Positions 63,844 through 64,000 of a DNA stretch of 64,000 nucleotides are shown here, piece after piece. Under the pieces are notes generated by a model, which saw only the letters and a list, made by a program, of their open reading frames with translations, had not been told where the DNA came from and searched no databases. The DNA lies in the NCBI RefSeq assembly GCF_036365525.1, contig NC_090399.1:52236430-52300429 (forward strand), read 5' to 3'. Each line of letters starts with the position of its first letter. The stretch's first letter is position 1. Source of the stretch: Heterodontus francisci. Lineage: Eukaryota. The position numbers and the translations under genes were made by a program.

Positions 63844-64000
63844 GCAATGGAGTGTCAGCCTAGCTTTTGTGCTCAGAAGTCTAATTGTGCTCAGTTTTCC
63901 CTGTCCACAACGTCTCTCTTGACCCCTCCACTACCTGTGTGTTGCTAGTCCGAGATCCAGGGTGGAATTTTTACTTGCTGCTCGGGTGTGAATCTTGTCC

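Larger units (their letters stand above)
62815..63882 (-). mobile_element. SacSINE1/Deu-domain-type SINE, split by an insertion and an internal tandem expansion
   Basis: TTTGAAGTGTAGTTACTG..GGCCAGGACA..CTTCGAAATAGTGCCATGGGAT..GAGAGGGCAGAC..TTTAA|TGTCTC..CACTCCCTCAGTACTG..GGAGTGTCAGCCTAG..TGTGCTCA. Confidence 0.7.

Overview
Eukaryotic, repeat-dense genomic DNA, almost certainly from a cartilaginous fish, judging by HE1-like V-SINEs, SacSINE1/Deu-type SINE, HER1/CR1-type LINEs and Penelope GIY-YIG elements. Species cannot be determined. The only host gene is a + strand MHC class I-like heavy-chain gene, hidden from the ORF track by huge introns. Its exons are leader 22465-22516, alpha1 36149-36409, alpha2 55642-55917 and alpha3 56035-56313. 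All have GT-AG phase-1 junctions and the spliced frame is open. No transmembrane exon is recognisable in the remaining 7.7 kb. The protein is strongly non-classical: both cysteines of the alpha2 disulfide are replaced (C101V, C164L), most N-terminal peptide-anchor residues are lost (Y7V, Y159N, W167R, Y171R) while T143/K146/W147 are kept, and there is a lone Cys on the alpha1 helix. The promoter has a perfect ISRE plus X1- and Y-like boxes. The rest of the window is satellites (35, 39, 32, 41 and 33 bp units), nested CR1 and other LINEs, RTE, Penelope-like elements with minimal hammerhead-like motifs, and Gypsy, Copia-like and Harbinger remnants. Most long ORFs in the track are satellite read-throughs or TE fragments. 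HLA-A2 residue numbering is from manual alignment and TE family names are from motif recognition; no database search was run.
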